From the NCBI GenBank assembly GCA_964035545.1, contig OZ037765.1:31433504-31497503 (forward strand): DNA of 64,000 bases. The letters run 5' to 3'. A model generated the notes under the pieces. It did no database searches and was not told the DNA's origin. It worked only from the letters and a program-made list of their open reading frames with translations. The first letter of the stretch is position 1, and each line of letters begins with the position of its first letter. This document shows, one piece after another, positions 13,714-28,700 of the stretch. The position numbers and the translations under genes were made by a program. This DNA is from Bugula neritina (Eukaryota; Animalia; Bryozoa).

Positions 13714-16700
13714 ATGAGTGCTAGTAGGTCTTCACACAAGTTTGATTTACTGCTTTCTAAGCTCAACATTCCACATGACAAAAGACCAAATGAAGAAGCT
13801 GACAAGGAGTGGTTGTGGGCAGATCCTGATTGTGCCACATTATTAGATTACTTGATAAATAATGTAAACAGAAGTAATCTAGTGACGCCTGCTGAGAACA
13901 TGCAGTAAGCTACGCATACTTATAGTTATACTTATACTTATAGTTATACTGATGCAGTACACTGACATTGTAACACTTACACTAACACTGACTGTACAGT
14001 CATACTCATAGTGATAGTCATACAGTTTATACTGCTATGTAATTGTTAATAGTACTTCAATTTGTTCAAGTTTCAATTTGTGCTTTTACTGAAATCCAGA
14101 AATTCTTACACTTACAGCTGTACTTGTAGTTATACGCATACTGATACTCATAGTCATAGTCATACTGATACTCATACTGTGATAGCATTACTATTAACGT
14201 GCTCATACTCAAAGAATTAGATATATAATTTATTATAATTCAATAATTTATTTATTGTTGAACACGCATAATTATAATATTTATTTTATATAGATATTAT
14301 ATCTAATATGAATATACCCATAGTCATACTAATACTGGTATTACATTTAGTGATTTACTATTAGTATTAGTATTACATAAACTATTACTAATATTAATAG
14401 TTTAAGTTATAAATTAAAATACCGATTGTTACTTAATACTATTAATAATAATATTTATATTCTATTACCCCATTAGTCGTTATGATCATCATGCTTATAT
14501 ACCTATAAATCTATGCTGTAAGTGTATTTGTGTATGTGTGTATGTGTATCTATGTGTATGCATGGCATTACAAATACAATAGAGTGTTTTAAAATATATG
14601 TCATAGATGATTATTCTCAGTCTGAGACAGTCACCAATTTGAATTTGAATTGTGAGATGGTACCGCCACTAGTAGTAGTGGTGGTGGTGGTGTTATGAAT
14701 TTTAATGTTGGTATATATAAATTTCTATTTAAGCCTTTTATCTGTTAGTCACGGACAAGTTTAAACAATTGATGATCACATTTAGCTATGAATATATATC
14801 TTTTGATTGTTGGAACTCAAATTAAAATTTGTGAAGCATGAATTTTGCTTTATGTGCTAGTCGTTTCATATAATAATTATAGTTATTAGATAATATTAAA
14901 TATTTCATAAACGCATTCTAACTGCACATTCATTTGCTATTAATTTATAATTTTGGTACTTGGTTCTACTGTCTAGTATCAGTGAAATTATTTTAATTTT
15001 ATTTTGTTGATTTCCTGTTGTCAATAAAATTTCCTTTTGCAGTCGTCGTTCTTTTTAGAAATCTATTTGCTAAAAGTCTCAGTTAAAATATTGTAGTTTA
15101 TTGGTTGTAATAAAAATAGTTTTGAGTTCTTTTGTGATCTTTAAAATGAATTTATTTTAGTGCAGACAAATATTTTCTGAAATATCAGTATTGAGACTGA
15201 ATATTATTTGTAGTGCAAATCTTCGTTATTTAAAAAAAAAATTGTTATTTGTATTTTCATTACTTGAATGCCTCAGTTTTGCTGCATAGCAAACTATCAT
15301 CACTAGCAGATGAAATTTTCTATAGGTCACATTTTGTAGGTACAAGTACCTGAGTCAGGAACGGCAAGTGTTGTCCGGCAGACATTTGACTGAGGCTCTA
15401 GAAACTTGTTCTGGGGAAACAGATTTAAATGAAGACTCTTTGGATGAGAAGATTGCATCTCTTTCTCAGTTATCAGATTCTTTAGCTGCTAAAAAAGGCC
15501 GTCTGAAACTTCTTTCATCAAATCTCAAGTAACATCTGCAGATTCAAAATAGCTAGTAGTAAACTAACTAATGTTTCTATATGTTTTGATTTTTACATTT
15601 AAAAAAATTTATCAACATATAAACCTGTTAGAAAATATTGATAAATTACAGAATAGTTGGAAAACTCACCTCACTTTTATTATTTATAATACCTTGTTCA
15701 GGTTTACTCAAATGGTTTGGTGTGTTCTGCTCCAGTTGTAAAAAGCACCAATGGTATTAAATTGGTGCAGATATGTCGTGTCCTTGTAGTAAGAAAATAT
15801 GCAGTTTGGAACTAGAAATGGAGAATATGGAGAAACTAAATACTCGGGAATACAAAAACTTAAGTTCACAGCTTGATGACTGTGAACTTGGACATTTGGA
15901 TGTACGTACTAAAGTTCAACAATATATACCAGTAAATGTACTGAAACATTACCTAGTATTGCTAATAATTTAAACTTGCAATTATTTTTCATTATAAAGT
16001 TCTGTTCGATGATTGAACATAAAACAGTAGCAAAAACCAGGTTTATTTTCATCATAATTGGTTTTGGGTCAAGTTTTTTATTTTTTCTTATTTAAGGAGA
16101 TTTTTAAAATACTTATTTTTGTGTTTGTTTAATTTAATGTAATATTTCTTTAGATAAAGAAAACTTTGACACAATTAGTGGAAGTGATACGCAAGTTACA
16201 TCACATGTACACTGCTGGGGATACGAAATCTTCCAAACTCCTCTGTCAAACAGATCTGGAACGTCTCTACCAGGCGGAAGAGTTGTACACGGCCTCTCTT
16301 GCAGAATTCACGGACAAAAGATTTTTTGAGGTGAGTCATCAAGTCTTCTGATCATTTCGTATCAATGAGACGTATTGATTATAACTTTCATATGCTAATG
16401 CTTTCATATATTCTGGTAGTTAAGAGAAACAAAAAGGGGCTTTTTAAAACAATTCTTGATGAATTCTATATACAACAACTTTACTTACACAGCGTATTTG
16501 TGAAATACTTTTATAAGCATGCATTTATATGTTAGATAGGTTTCAATCTCATAATATAAGATAAACACTTGGTTGGCAAAGTGTCATTATCTTGTATGAA
16601 GTGAACTCTGCCAATATATTTAGCCTAAGTGCATCGCTTTGCAGATGTGGTTTGACGGAGTTGCTGAAGTGTAGCCCCTCAGTTATATATATCGATTTGA

Positions 16701-19700
16701 TTTTTTAGTTTTATAACTGTTAATCTGCTAAGCCAGTCTCCAACAATTGAAGCAATAATTATTTGTATTTCAATTTTTTGTTGTATGATTTATCTAAAAA
16801 GACTGTTTCACTATCTTACATACTAGTTTTGTTGATACGTTGCCATGTTTTGGTATACTTGTTGTGTCAGGGTGTTTCGGACATAGCTGGTGACCACGAT
16901 GAGTCATACTACCAATTAGTGGACATCTCAAACCCCCAGATGTTGACTCTCAAGCAAGAGAAGGATGAGAGTTTAGTGGAGAGCTGCAAGGAGATGAAGA
17001 GACTTCGCCAGCTGTTAGTAGATCTACTCAACAATACTCAATACATGCGACTTGGTGTCTAGAGGGCTTAAACCCTTCCAGAGACAAATTCTCTTAAATC
17101 ATCCGCATGGCAATTATTTGACCAGCAAAGTTCTGGAACAGACTAGTGATTACAGTTTATGTATATGCTGTGTATATTGTGAGTAGTTGTTACCTCCCCC
17201 CCCCCCCATCACTTGGAGCTTTTTAAAAGTCAAACTCAAGCATTTAAGCCTATTGGTCCTCCGAGAGGTCTTGGGACTTAACCCAATCAAGACCCAACCC
17301 AATCCAATCAGCAATTTGACTAGAAATAGATGTTCACCGGCTTTCCATGGATCATGGATCATGGATCTGAGCTGGTCAGTCTGTGGAGATCGAACTCAGA
17401 TTAATATTAATGATTAAGAAAACTCAATTATAAAAAATTATAGACGGTAGAAAGTACAAAAATTAGAGCATTTAATAATTTAATTTAAATGACTAGTAAA
17501 ACTTACTTTCATTAGTTATTTGCTGCGTAATTTCAAACCTAACAATTCTGTAAGTCTATGAATAATCTGGAAGACAGCTACTAATTTTATTTAAGCTGTT
17601 GAGCTAAAGAATTAAGAGTAATTATTTTAAGTTGGCCAATTTACTTCACACTAAAAGATTTGCTGAGTATAGTTTATAGCTGGCGTTAATTTTTAGACTG
17701 CAAAAATTTTGTTTTTTGACAGCAGTAGCTTTAATCAGTCAGATGGGTGAGCAAATTATACTATTCAAGTATCTTTCACTTAAGAGGAGGCAACTCCGTG
17801 AAATCAATCTGACACTTTCATGGAAAAATGATCGATCTGAGAAATGTGCTCAGATCGATCTCAGCAAGATCGATCTATGGAAAGCCGGTGATTGTGGTCG
17901 GTTGATAGGTGTTTTTCAAGCATGTTTTATTCTGATCAATTGCTCACAACACAAGATTATGCCAATGTACTTTATGAAATTGCATGTCCATGTCTGTTTT
18001 AAACAGGCAATCCGTCAGTTTACAGCAGAGCGTAGAAGCTCAAGTGAACTACGCCAAATGTGAAGCCGCATGCAACGATATAGAAGTTTTCGGAAATGAA
18101 GTTGAAGACATGTGTCACCTGAGTACAGAACAACTTCGGTATGGTACATGCTTTGCTCTGTGTTACTGCCATGTGTTACCACTATGTCTTACCACCATGT
18201 GTCACTGCCCTTGGGACTGCTATGTAGTATATTGTGTCTCAAACCTATGTTATATATTTCATCTCTGCCCCCCCCCCCCCCACTGCTCTGCCATGCTGTA
18301 ACTATTTGTACTTTTATGTCTAGGAACTTAGTACTTAGTCAGGATAAAGAAATTTAGTGCTTGCTGTAACCCAAGGATTTTGTGTAGGGATTTCCTTGCC
18401 AATTCTAATATATGGGGAAATCCCCTGCTGGAGCTACCTGCAATGCACAATGTGTTGCTAATTATATTTGCATATGACTTAACTGCTGCATACAGCACTT
18501 TTGTTTCCATAGCTACATCTTGCTGTGAAAAGATGACTTCTGATAAGAAATGACAAATTTTTCTTTAAAAAGGTAAAAAAACCAAATCACTCCATATTCT
18601 CAATAATTGAATGGGATGTAAAACTGAAACACAGAAGTTAGGCTCGCTAAATAGTTATTAGCCAATTAGAAAAGAGCCAGCATTTTCATTGCATAAAATT
18701 CGCACAAAGTGGACATTTTTTGCGCTTGTTCAGATTTTCGTTAGCAGCTGAATTTTGTAGATAAAAGGCTTCATTGCACACCTTGTATCCACAAACTCAT
18801 AAAATGCCGAATGCTGCTGGCATGTTGTTATTGTGAAGTATATAAGTTGTAGGATGATTATAAAACCGCATCATCTTTCCCATCTCAAAGACATGTCAAT
18901 CATAGCATTAAGTAATGTTGATAAGCTTTATTTATGTTTTGTATACCTGCAGTAAAATAATAAGCAATAATTCAGGTTTTGCCAAGTTTGTTTTCTTATT
19001 GTGTCGGGAGCTTATATATCAAGTCACTCCATTAATCAGATTATCCTGGATGCGGTGGCAAAAGCTACATTACTTTTTGAACTTTTCTATTAAACTGCTT
19101 TCTATTTATACTTTATATGCATTAGACTGTTTCCTGCATAAAACCATCTCTTATACACACAGAGATGATTGAAACCTGCATGTCTTGGTAAGGTAGAGTT
19201 ACTAAAGTTTAAGTTGGTAACTTGATTGTCTCAACTACTGGAAAGTGCACATAGCATTTGTATAGTTTGCTCAAAGTTTATTTATTATTTCAGGAATATA
19301 AAATTATGTTCACTACAACAATTTAAATGTATTTTTCTTGTCCAGTTTACATGTGTTGGTGCTTGCTTCATTCTTTGCTCATCCTTTAGTTGGGTATCTA
19401 AAGAGTTAACATTAATATTACTTACAGAGTAATAGTAAATTCTAGTACTGACGGAAAACTCAGTTTCATGCTTTTAGCCGGTTCCTATTCCATCAAAAGT
19501 CCCCCCAGGCAATAATTCTCAATTCACGAGAGATTCTCTATTAAATAGTCTACTACCCAAAGCAGTTGGTAAAGGTTTTACACCCTTTTACTAAAACTTG
19601 CATTTCACATAAAACAGTTCTACTACTTACTTCAAGTTGCAATTTGGAGTTTATATCACTAACAGCATACCAATACAACTAGTTTAATTTACTAGCTTTA

Positions 19701-22700
19701 TAAAACTCACGGCAAGCTCGCCACACAGTACAGGCCGTTTGTGCTGAAATAATTGCAGCAGAGTTGTTTAGGGGGACAGTCGCTGTCCGTTGCACACCCC
19801 TGTAGACCTTCGTTGATGAAATCATGTGGGCAGTACTGTCCTACAATGGGACTTCCATATATAATTACACACACACACACACACACACGCACACACTGGC
19901 ACACTCGTGCTCAATAAATTTGCTCCCTTTTAAGAATATTTTGTAAAATCTAGAAAGTGAAGCTTTGATTTACGTAGCTGCTAAATGCTAATAAAAATAT
20001 TACTATATTATTATATTTTATATTATACATATTTTACTCTATATTTTACTTCCAACACTATTTTCACCAAATGACCCTCACCTACCTCTTACCACCTGTA
20101 AAAGGGCAACAATTCCCAAGAACAGAATAACCAACAACTTCATGATACAAGTTGTTAACAGTTAGACAAATGTGAATATAATGACTGTTCACTTTATAGT
20201 TCTCCTTTTATATCCTAAAGTCACTGTTGCATGGCAGACCCTTTGCCCTTGTATTTCTAGTCTAGGTTTTCTTTCATTGTTTCGTAGACCTTGACGGACA
20301 TTCCCCCCTCGCACAATTAATAAGATGAAATTATCGCTTTAGCTACTGGTGTGTTGGTAATTCATCATAACAGAAGTATTAACTTACATTGCTGGTGGTA
20401 TTATGTTCATCATCCATCATAATTTATTTAAGATTATTCTGTTTGAATTTAAAAATAGTGCAATAAAAAGGTTTATTAGAAAATAACTTAATAAACCCTT
20501 CACCAGCCTCTTCTCCCCCTCTAATATAACGTAATACTTAATAAGGTATGTTTGAAACTGTTCTAAAATTAATATGCTAGTAGAAAGTTGTCACCTCTCT
20601 GAGAGCAGCTTTAGTACAAAAATTATTGCAATGAACATCATATGATAATTCACTATGCAGCTTGGATGCAGTATTCAACACTCCACCAAAATAACAGTCC
20701 AATACAATCTTGATTGTAAAGATATATTCTTAGAACACACAATGTGCGTAATGCCAAGTTAATACACTGTGTAACTTTAGTAGTGTGATGTAGCTATAGT
20801 GGTGTGGCTGTAGCTACTGTATTGTTGCATGTGTAGATACAGTAGTGTGTTGTAGCTGTGGGGTCTGTTTCTATATTATGATTATCTTCTTTCACTTGTA
20901 ACCCGTGTTGTTATAGGCTTGTTTTATCTGCAAATTGTAGAGTCTACTTCACTGTCTATTCATGTATTCAATCTGAAACCATCAGGGACTTCTCACAGGG
21001 ATGGCGGCTATAAACTTTCGAGAAAATCATCACCTTTCTGAGAGCAGCTTTAGTATAAAAACTCTTGCAATGAATTTATAGAACAATTCACTATGCAGTT
21101 TGGATCAGTATTTCTCTTGCTTTGCAAGTAAATGTAGCAGAGTAGGGGTAAGGGGGGGGGGGAAGGGGGCACAACGGGCCGAATTTTGCATTTGTTGCTC
21201 TCATTCGTCTGTTTTTCAAGTTACTAGTTCAATAATTTCTAGTCTAAATGCTGCATCTGTTGTCTATTACAGGTACCAGTTTGTTGTTTCTATCTCTTTT
21301 ACAACTTTCAGAATAATGAAATTTTCATGACGAAAAAATTGGCCCATTGTGCCCCGGTACCGGGGTGCAATGGGCCACTGGGTGGGACACAACAAATATA
21401 TTGAAATTTTGAGTATTTTGTTACATATGATCTTTATTTAATATTACAAATAAATAAAGATACTCTTTCAGATCTACGGCAAAATTCATGTTTTAGCTGT
21501 ACAGTTTGTGCCACTACGGATAGCAGAGGAAGGCAAAATCAAATGCACGTCACTCGGTTCTGCAGTGCCATTATCATTACTGCTTAGAACTAAATATGTT
21601 CTGTTATTTTCACCTCAGAGGAACGTTTATTAAAAAAAACTTAAGTAATATGTACTACAAAATTCCGAGTGGAATTTTTTTGTATAAACTGTAGCTAAGG
21701 TGCATGCATGGCTGAGGTTTGTGACTGGAGTACGGAAGGGAGAGGGGGGAGCAAATGAGCAAATCAAAATTTATTTTAGCCAAATACATGTATATTCCCT
21801 CAATAGTGTAATATATAATGATTATCATGACTATCTACTAGTAGCAACAGCAGAGTGTTCTGTATCATGTATAAAATGGCAAAGCTTTAACCTCACCAGA
21901 TGCATATATTAGGGGAGCTTCAACTTGTAGTTTTGTAGTCTTATCATGATGTCTTTGATATTTTACAAAAAGGTCAGAAATGGCTATATCTATAGATTTT
22001 AGTAACATTTCAACCATCTTTTTTGGCAAACAAACTAATAATAGTGATCAGGGTGCAATAATCAGGTGGCCCATTGTGCCCCGGTCAGCGTGGCCCATTG
22101 TGCCCCGTGTGGCGAAATTGAAAATAAATGTGCCTCAAGGAAAATTTATTTCAGTGTTTGCTGTTATACTAGTTAAGCAATGTAGAGACAAACAATGGCA
22201 ACAGTATTGGTAAAATATAGGCTTCTTGCCTTTGGGTGTAAAAAGTATTAAAGCTTTAACGATATCCTAAAAAATTTACAAAAAGTAGGGAAAAACAGTT
22301 TTTTACTCGCCTTTTCAACATTTATGTTCCGCAAGTGTTGAAACTACAAAGACTGAATAATTATGTCAATATCTTTTTATGATAAAAAAAATCACAACTT
22401 TAAGTCAATAAATTCTCTCACAATTTGGCCGGCTTTTTGCACCCCTATGACCGTTGTGCCCCTCCCCCCCCCCCCCCCCGTTACCCCTATAGGAGATACT
22501 CGATTATTCATTTAACTCACACTCCACCAAACTAGCAGTCCAATAAAATTATGAAAATTATGATCGTAATGATAACTTTTTAGAATATAGGGGTAAGGGG
22601 GGGGGGGCGGAGGCACAATGGGCCGAATTTTGAATTTGTTGCCCTCACTCGTCTGTTTTTCAAGTTACTAGTTCAATGATCTCTAGTCTAAATGCTACAC

Positions 22701-25700
22701 CAGTTGTCTATTATAGGTATCAGTTGGTTGTTTCTATCTTTCACAACTTTTAGAATAATGAAATTTTCATGATAAAAACACTGGCCCATTGTGCCCGGTA
22801 CCAGGCCACTGGTTTTAATATATTTGTTGTATCCTACCCAGTGGCCCGGTACCGGGCACAATGGGCAGTACACAACAAATATATTAAAACTTTGCTGATT
22901 TGGTTGCATCTGATCTATATTTATTTAATATACACAAGTAAATAGAAACACTCTTTCAGATCTACAGCAAAAATCATGTTTTAGCTGCACAGTTTGTGCC
23001 ACCACAGATAGCAGGGGGAGGCAAAAATCAAACGCACATCACTCATTTCTTTGGTGCCATTATCATTACTGTTTAGAACTAAAAATGTTTTTTGCTATTT
23101 CCACTTCACAGGAACTTTCATCAGAAAAAACTTTAGTTACATGTGCTACAAAATTCCGAGTAAACTTTTTTCTATGAACTGTAGCTAAGGTGGCTGAGGT
23201 TTGTGGCTGGAGTGCGGAAGGGGGGGGGGAGGAGGAAATGAGAAAATCACCATTTATTTTAGTCAAATACATGTATAATCCCTCAATGATATAATGTATA
23301 ATAAATATCATGACTATCCGTTAGTAGCAACAGCAGAGTGTTTTGGTATTATGTGTAAAATGGCAAAGCCATAACCTCACCAAATAAGTATGAGGGCAGC
23401 TTAACCTTGTAGTTTGGTACTCTTACCATGATGTCTTTGATATTTTACAAAACATACAAGTCAGAAATGGTTATATCTATGGATTTTACTGACATTTCAA
23501 CTAATCTTTTGGGCAAACAAACTAATAACAGTGATCAGGGTGCAATGGTCAGGTGGCCCATCGTGCCCGTGTGCAAGTTGAAAATAAATGTGGCTCAATG
23601 AAAATTTATTTTAGAATCTGCTATTCTACTAGTTAAGTGATGTAGAGATAAGCAATGGCAACAATATCAGTAAAAACTAGGCTTGATACTTTTGAGTGTA
23701 AAAAGTTAAAAGTAGGTAAAGCAGTTTTTGACTCGCCTCTTTAACATGTATGCCCGCAAGTGTTGAAACTACAATGGCTGAATCATCATGTCATTGCCTT
23801 TTTATTAAAGGCCGTAAGCATCCAGGTTATTTATTACATTTGAGCAAAAGTTTGCATGCTTTTCAACTGTTTTATCAGCATTTTATCCAATTTCTTATAC
23901 GAAAACACTACAAAAATGCAAGTAAAAGTGGTCATATTAGGTGTCTTAGACTTGCCCAGACTTGCCCGCGAGCTTGCCCTCCGTGTCCTATTCTGACGTG
24001 GGGATGGCAAAATAGCCCTATTGTAGCGTGAGTTTATATCGCGTAAAGTTATTAAGAAGCGGGTTTGTCACAGATTTCGTTATTCGTAGCTCAAATCACA
24101 TGAATGTTACTCTTCGGGCGGCTACTAATAACTAACGTTAGCTACGCAACAGCAAGAAAGGTAACTAATTTGACTGTTTTCAAATGGACTATTCCATTTC
24201 GCTAGTTTGTAACTTGCTGTAAATCACAAAATAATTATTTTTCCTATTTTAATTTCAATTATCATGTCGACCACACTACCAGAAAATTACTCTTAAATAT
24301 GCAGTAAATGATGATTTTCAACCGTTTTGTGATGAACTATAGGTTAGTAGTTGTCTACGTAAAACCAAGTTTTAAAATTTGTAATTGAATCAGTGAATGA
24401 CTGATTCTGAATCACAGTATCACTATGACTATCAGTATGAGTATCACTAGTCTATGTCTATGACTCTCACTCTAAGTCTATGACTATCGCCTATTAGTAT
24501 TGGTGAACTATTATTAATAATATTCAATGGTTATATTTATTAATACCATTATTAGTCATAATGATAATCATATGACAGTATGAGTATCAGTATTCAGTAT
24601 GTTAATGTTACGGAGCAGGATCAGTTTCGAAACTAATACACTTACAGTAATACTAATAGTAATACTTGTAATATTAGTTATAACTATAAGTATAAGTTAT
24701 ACCGATAGCTATATTAACATAAATATTTATATTCATAGTAATACTAATAGCAAATCTAATATTATTATGTTAATAGTTATACTTGTAAGTTATAATATAA
24801 AGCAAACGACACAAGTATTAATTTGAACTGTTGGTCTTAAAATAAAAAGTAAAATAAATATAAATAATAAAAATAAATTATAATAATTTAATTATACTAA
24901 TACTAATAGCAATACTTATACAGTAATATAATTATAATAAATTTATAAAACTTAAACAACTTTAGATTTAAGGAACAACTTTAAATACAAACATAAAGAT
25001 AATATTAAATAATTATAATCATAATGATCATAACAATAAATATAATTATGATTCCAATAATTATCAATATATTATATAATATTTAAATTATTTTAATTTA
25101 TAATTATAATCATAATTTTTTTAGTTATAGTGAATAAATTCAATTTGACATAATAACTATAATATTATAAAGCAGTCAGTCTATCTCTAATGCTGATTGA
25201 TATTCGAATTGTTATGACTGTATCATCATTCACTAACTCTAAGAGTAAGTGACTACAATTATTAGTATCAATGTTGTGTTAGAGTACTATACCTATTGGA
25301 ATTTTGATATATCCATTATATTTACAACTCTGCCTGTTACAGCTATAAATAAATTGAACCAAAATACCAACAGTGCCTAATCATCGCCTTATTTATAAAA
25401 TAATCACAATCATAATGCTCAAGTTAATAGATTGGAAATTATTGAAAATTATGTTGATGCCAATATAAATATGACATTGTATGCATCCAAGTAGTGATGT
25501 TGTAATATATCTTGGAAGATAATTACATTATAATAAGAGTTAAATTCCTCTAAGTAACTTTTTTTGCAATTATTCCTTAGAATAACTATAACTTATACTC
25601 ATAACATTAGTTTTAGATTGAGCTACTAATTGTATTTATTGCATGTGAAGGTTAGTTATTCTCCATCAGCTGCATGAATGCGACTGGTAAATTTTGTAAC

Positions 25701-28700
25701 CTTTGGCAGTAATAACTTTGTAGCATAAATTAGACACATTTTATAAAAATACATAATTTTAATGCTATAGCTGCTAGTAACTCTAATGGGTGTAATAATA
25801 TTACTTTCACCAGCATTAATATTTACTTTGTTCATGCTTCATAAAGCATTTTCTAAATTCTTTTTTGAATAAATTTCTACAATACATATAATGTGCTGAA
25901 TAGATTACATATGTTGGGGTTCTTCCTATACTGCAGCTCAGCCTACACTCCCCGCCACAAATGTTCCTAAACTACTAGCTTCATCGGGATACAGATTGAT
26001 GGAGCTGTATTGATAAAAACTTCTCTTTTTAGCAGTAGAGGCATCATGAAAAAAAAGGTAAGCATTTTACTCAATAAGAATGCGGTTTTTTACTTCTACA
26101 AATTTGATAGCCTACACTATTCTATTTAAATGGAGACTGGTCTGACATAATGTGTCTGCCATTTATTAGTTATAATATAGTAAATACTATGCGGGCCTAT
26201 AGATCAAATGGCTCAAAAAACAATTAAATGAAACATTACACAACGCTGTATTTATTAGCAATGTCATACTTAGCAACTAATTTCACATTATTATTGTTTG
26301 CAAAGTTTTATATATCTACATATGTTTGTTCATTTCAGTGTTCTGAAGTAGAAGGTTCCAACAGCAGGGAAAAGCCTTGAACAAGATATTATGTTCTACA
26401 TCTCCAACTCATTTTAACTTTGCTGGTCAGTTCATTGTGTATCTGGAGCATAGTTTTGTATTTTCAAGTAGTCCATCAGATACCTTTGTAGGTAGTAAAG
26501 ATTAAAATGTTTGTGCAATGATGTCCATAATGTTGAACTGATTTATTGAAACTAAAACTGTTCTTAATTATAACAAAACTTGACAATCTTTACATAAAGA
26601 ATAATGTCCTATAATCTATCTTCATTGTAAACAAAATTAGAAAGTTCCACATCAGCAAATTGTTTATCATCATCTGTAGGTGGAAGAAGCTTGCACTCAG
26701 TTATAAAGGCAAGCTGACGGTGGTTTTCTTTGCCTTCTATGAAGATTTGGAAAGAGCCAGAAAATTAATACTCTATAACTGCAAAACCATGTTGTAGTGT
26801 CTTGTGTTATTGATTGAATCATCTAAAAGAAAAATTGTTGTATCATTATAATTTTACTGTTGATGAATTAGCAAATTATCTACTTATCTTGGTAAATATA
26901 TTCAAGAACAAATACTATAGTGTAACTCAGTTTTGGTTATGTGTATGCTCCTTAAGCGAATTTACAGCAGATATCAAACTATATATTAGAGACTAATAAA
27001 GGAATTAAATTTAAGCTAACCATGATGATGTAAATAGCTGTTGAATGTGACTTTGAGAACTCTGCTGGCCATGTCAGTTCAAATACACCAGGGTGATATG
27101 TTACGAATGTCATGTCATTATTGAAATTCAGCTTTTTTAAGCGCCTCTTCACAACTCTGGCAGCATTCTGACTGCTCCTTAGCTTTCTGCGCCTGAAATT
27201 TCTTCTACTTGCACCATTCTTCTATTGGTAGAATGTTAGCCTATAACAAACAGGTGTACCAAAGCTAAAAAATATCTAATTCACTGCACTAGGATATTAT
27301 TCAACTCATTTAAATTTAATATATAGCAGTAAAACAATCACATACTTGTATTTATTTTATCAGCTTTACTTTACAAAGCTGAACCATATGATTTAGTAAC
27401 TTGTCACCATAATAAACATTGTACAACATACAAATTGAAAACCTGATGTGATTGCTTTTTTAATAGAATATACATTACAAACATGTTACTTTGATAAGCG
27501 TGTTCATAATAAAAGTATTAAACCAGTTTGAAAAAAATTATTTTGTTATGTAATGGATCACAAAACTACATAATTTTAGACATGTAGCTCGATGTTCTTC
27601 AAGCAACGGGCTGCTATGATTAATTAATTTTCTATTATTGCATTTGATTGTTCTACTCATAGTGTATTGGCGAGTTAAAATTATTGGTAATTTAATGTAT
27701 ATTTCAGCTACCTCTGTTCAATCAATGTCATAGTAATATCAATTAGGTTTTAAATTTCACTGAGTTTATAGTAAATTATTGCAACTGTTACATAACATTT
27801 GGCTAGTTCTCTAGTTCATTAAATAACCATACGAACTTAATTTTATAACATGACAAAACACACAAAGCAAAATTAAAATAAGCATATTATGAACCAATGT
27901 AATTGATAAGTGATAATGCTGTTGTAAAACATAAATTATCAAATTTAAATAGTTATTATTACCATTAGTATTACTATCATTATAACAACTATAATCATTA
28001 TTACTATTACTATTAGTATTAGCATTAGTAGTAAAAAATGAGTAGAGTTCAACATATACAATCTAGCGTACTATAAAAGTAGAAGTAGAACTTCTAAAAC
28101 TATCATCTGCATCATTAACAGAACTATGAGTAATACTAGTAGTTGTACTAATAGTAATACTAATTATTAATACTAATAAACAATAGTAATAGTATCACTA
28201 TGAGTATGAGACTTGGGCTGGCAGTGATACTGATTATCACTATCAGCATCGTCATAGTCAAAAGTTACAAGAATTAGAAGCCATATTCATATTGATATTC
28301 TCATTGAGTTATGCATAGTCATATTCACAGTATTAGTCAATCACTGATTGAGTTAATGTCATAGTGATACTCATACTCATAATTAATTTATACGATTACG
28401 ACACTCATAGTGATAGTCATAGTCATACTCATACTCATAGTGATAGTGATACTTCTTCGTGAATTTAATATTATTATCATTGTTGCTAATATTATGTCTT
28501 ACTCTTAGTCTAACAGCAGCTCTATGAAGAAGTTAAACATAACTGATAAAACAAATTTAAAAAATAATACTGCAACATTCAATATAATGTATATCGATAT
28601 GCTAGCAACCTAATTTTCAGCTCACTTCATTAACTTTCCGTGCAGTATTGTGATAAAATAAATTTATTAATGGTGACCTTGACATCTTCGTCTAAATGCC

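Noticed and set aside
2720-18138. Functional cluster of cell-division/microtubule genes (ANAPC15, KIF3B, HAUS3)
   Set aside because: Adjacency alone is not evidence. The pathways differ and I see no shared regulatory or operon signal.
19707-19904. Single-exon reading of peptide A starting MCQCVRVCVCV
   Set aside because: The N-terminus derives from an intronic (CA)n repeat. The true 5' part is the conserved signal-peptide exon at 20143-20086.
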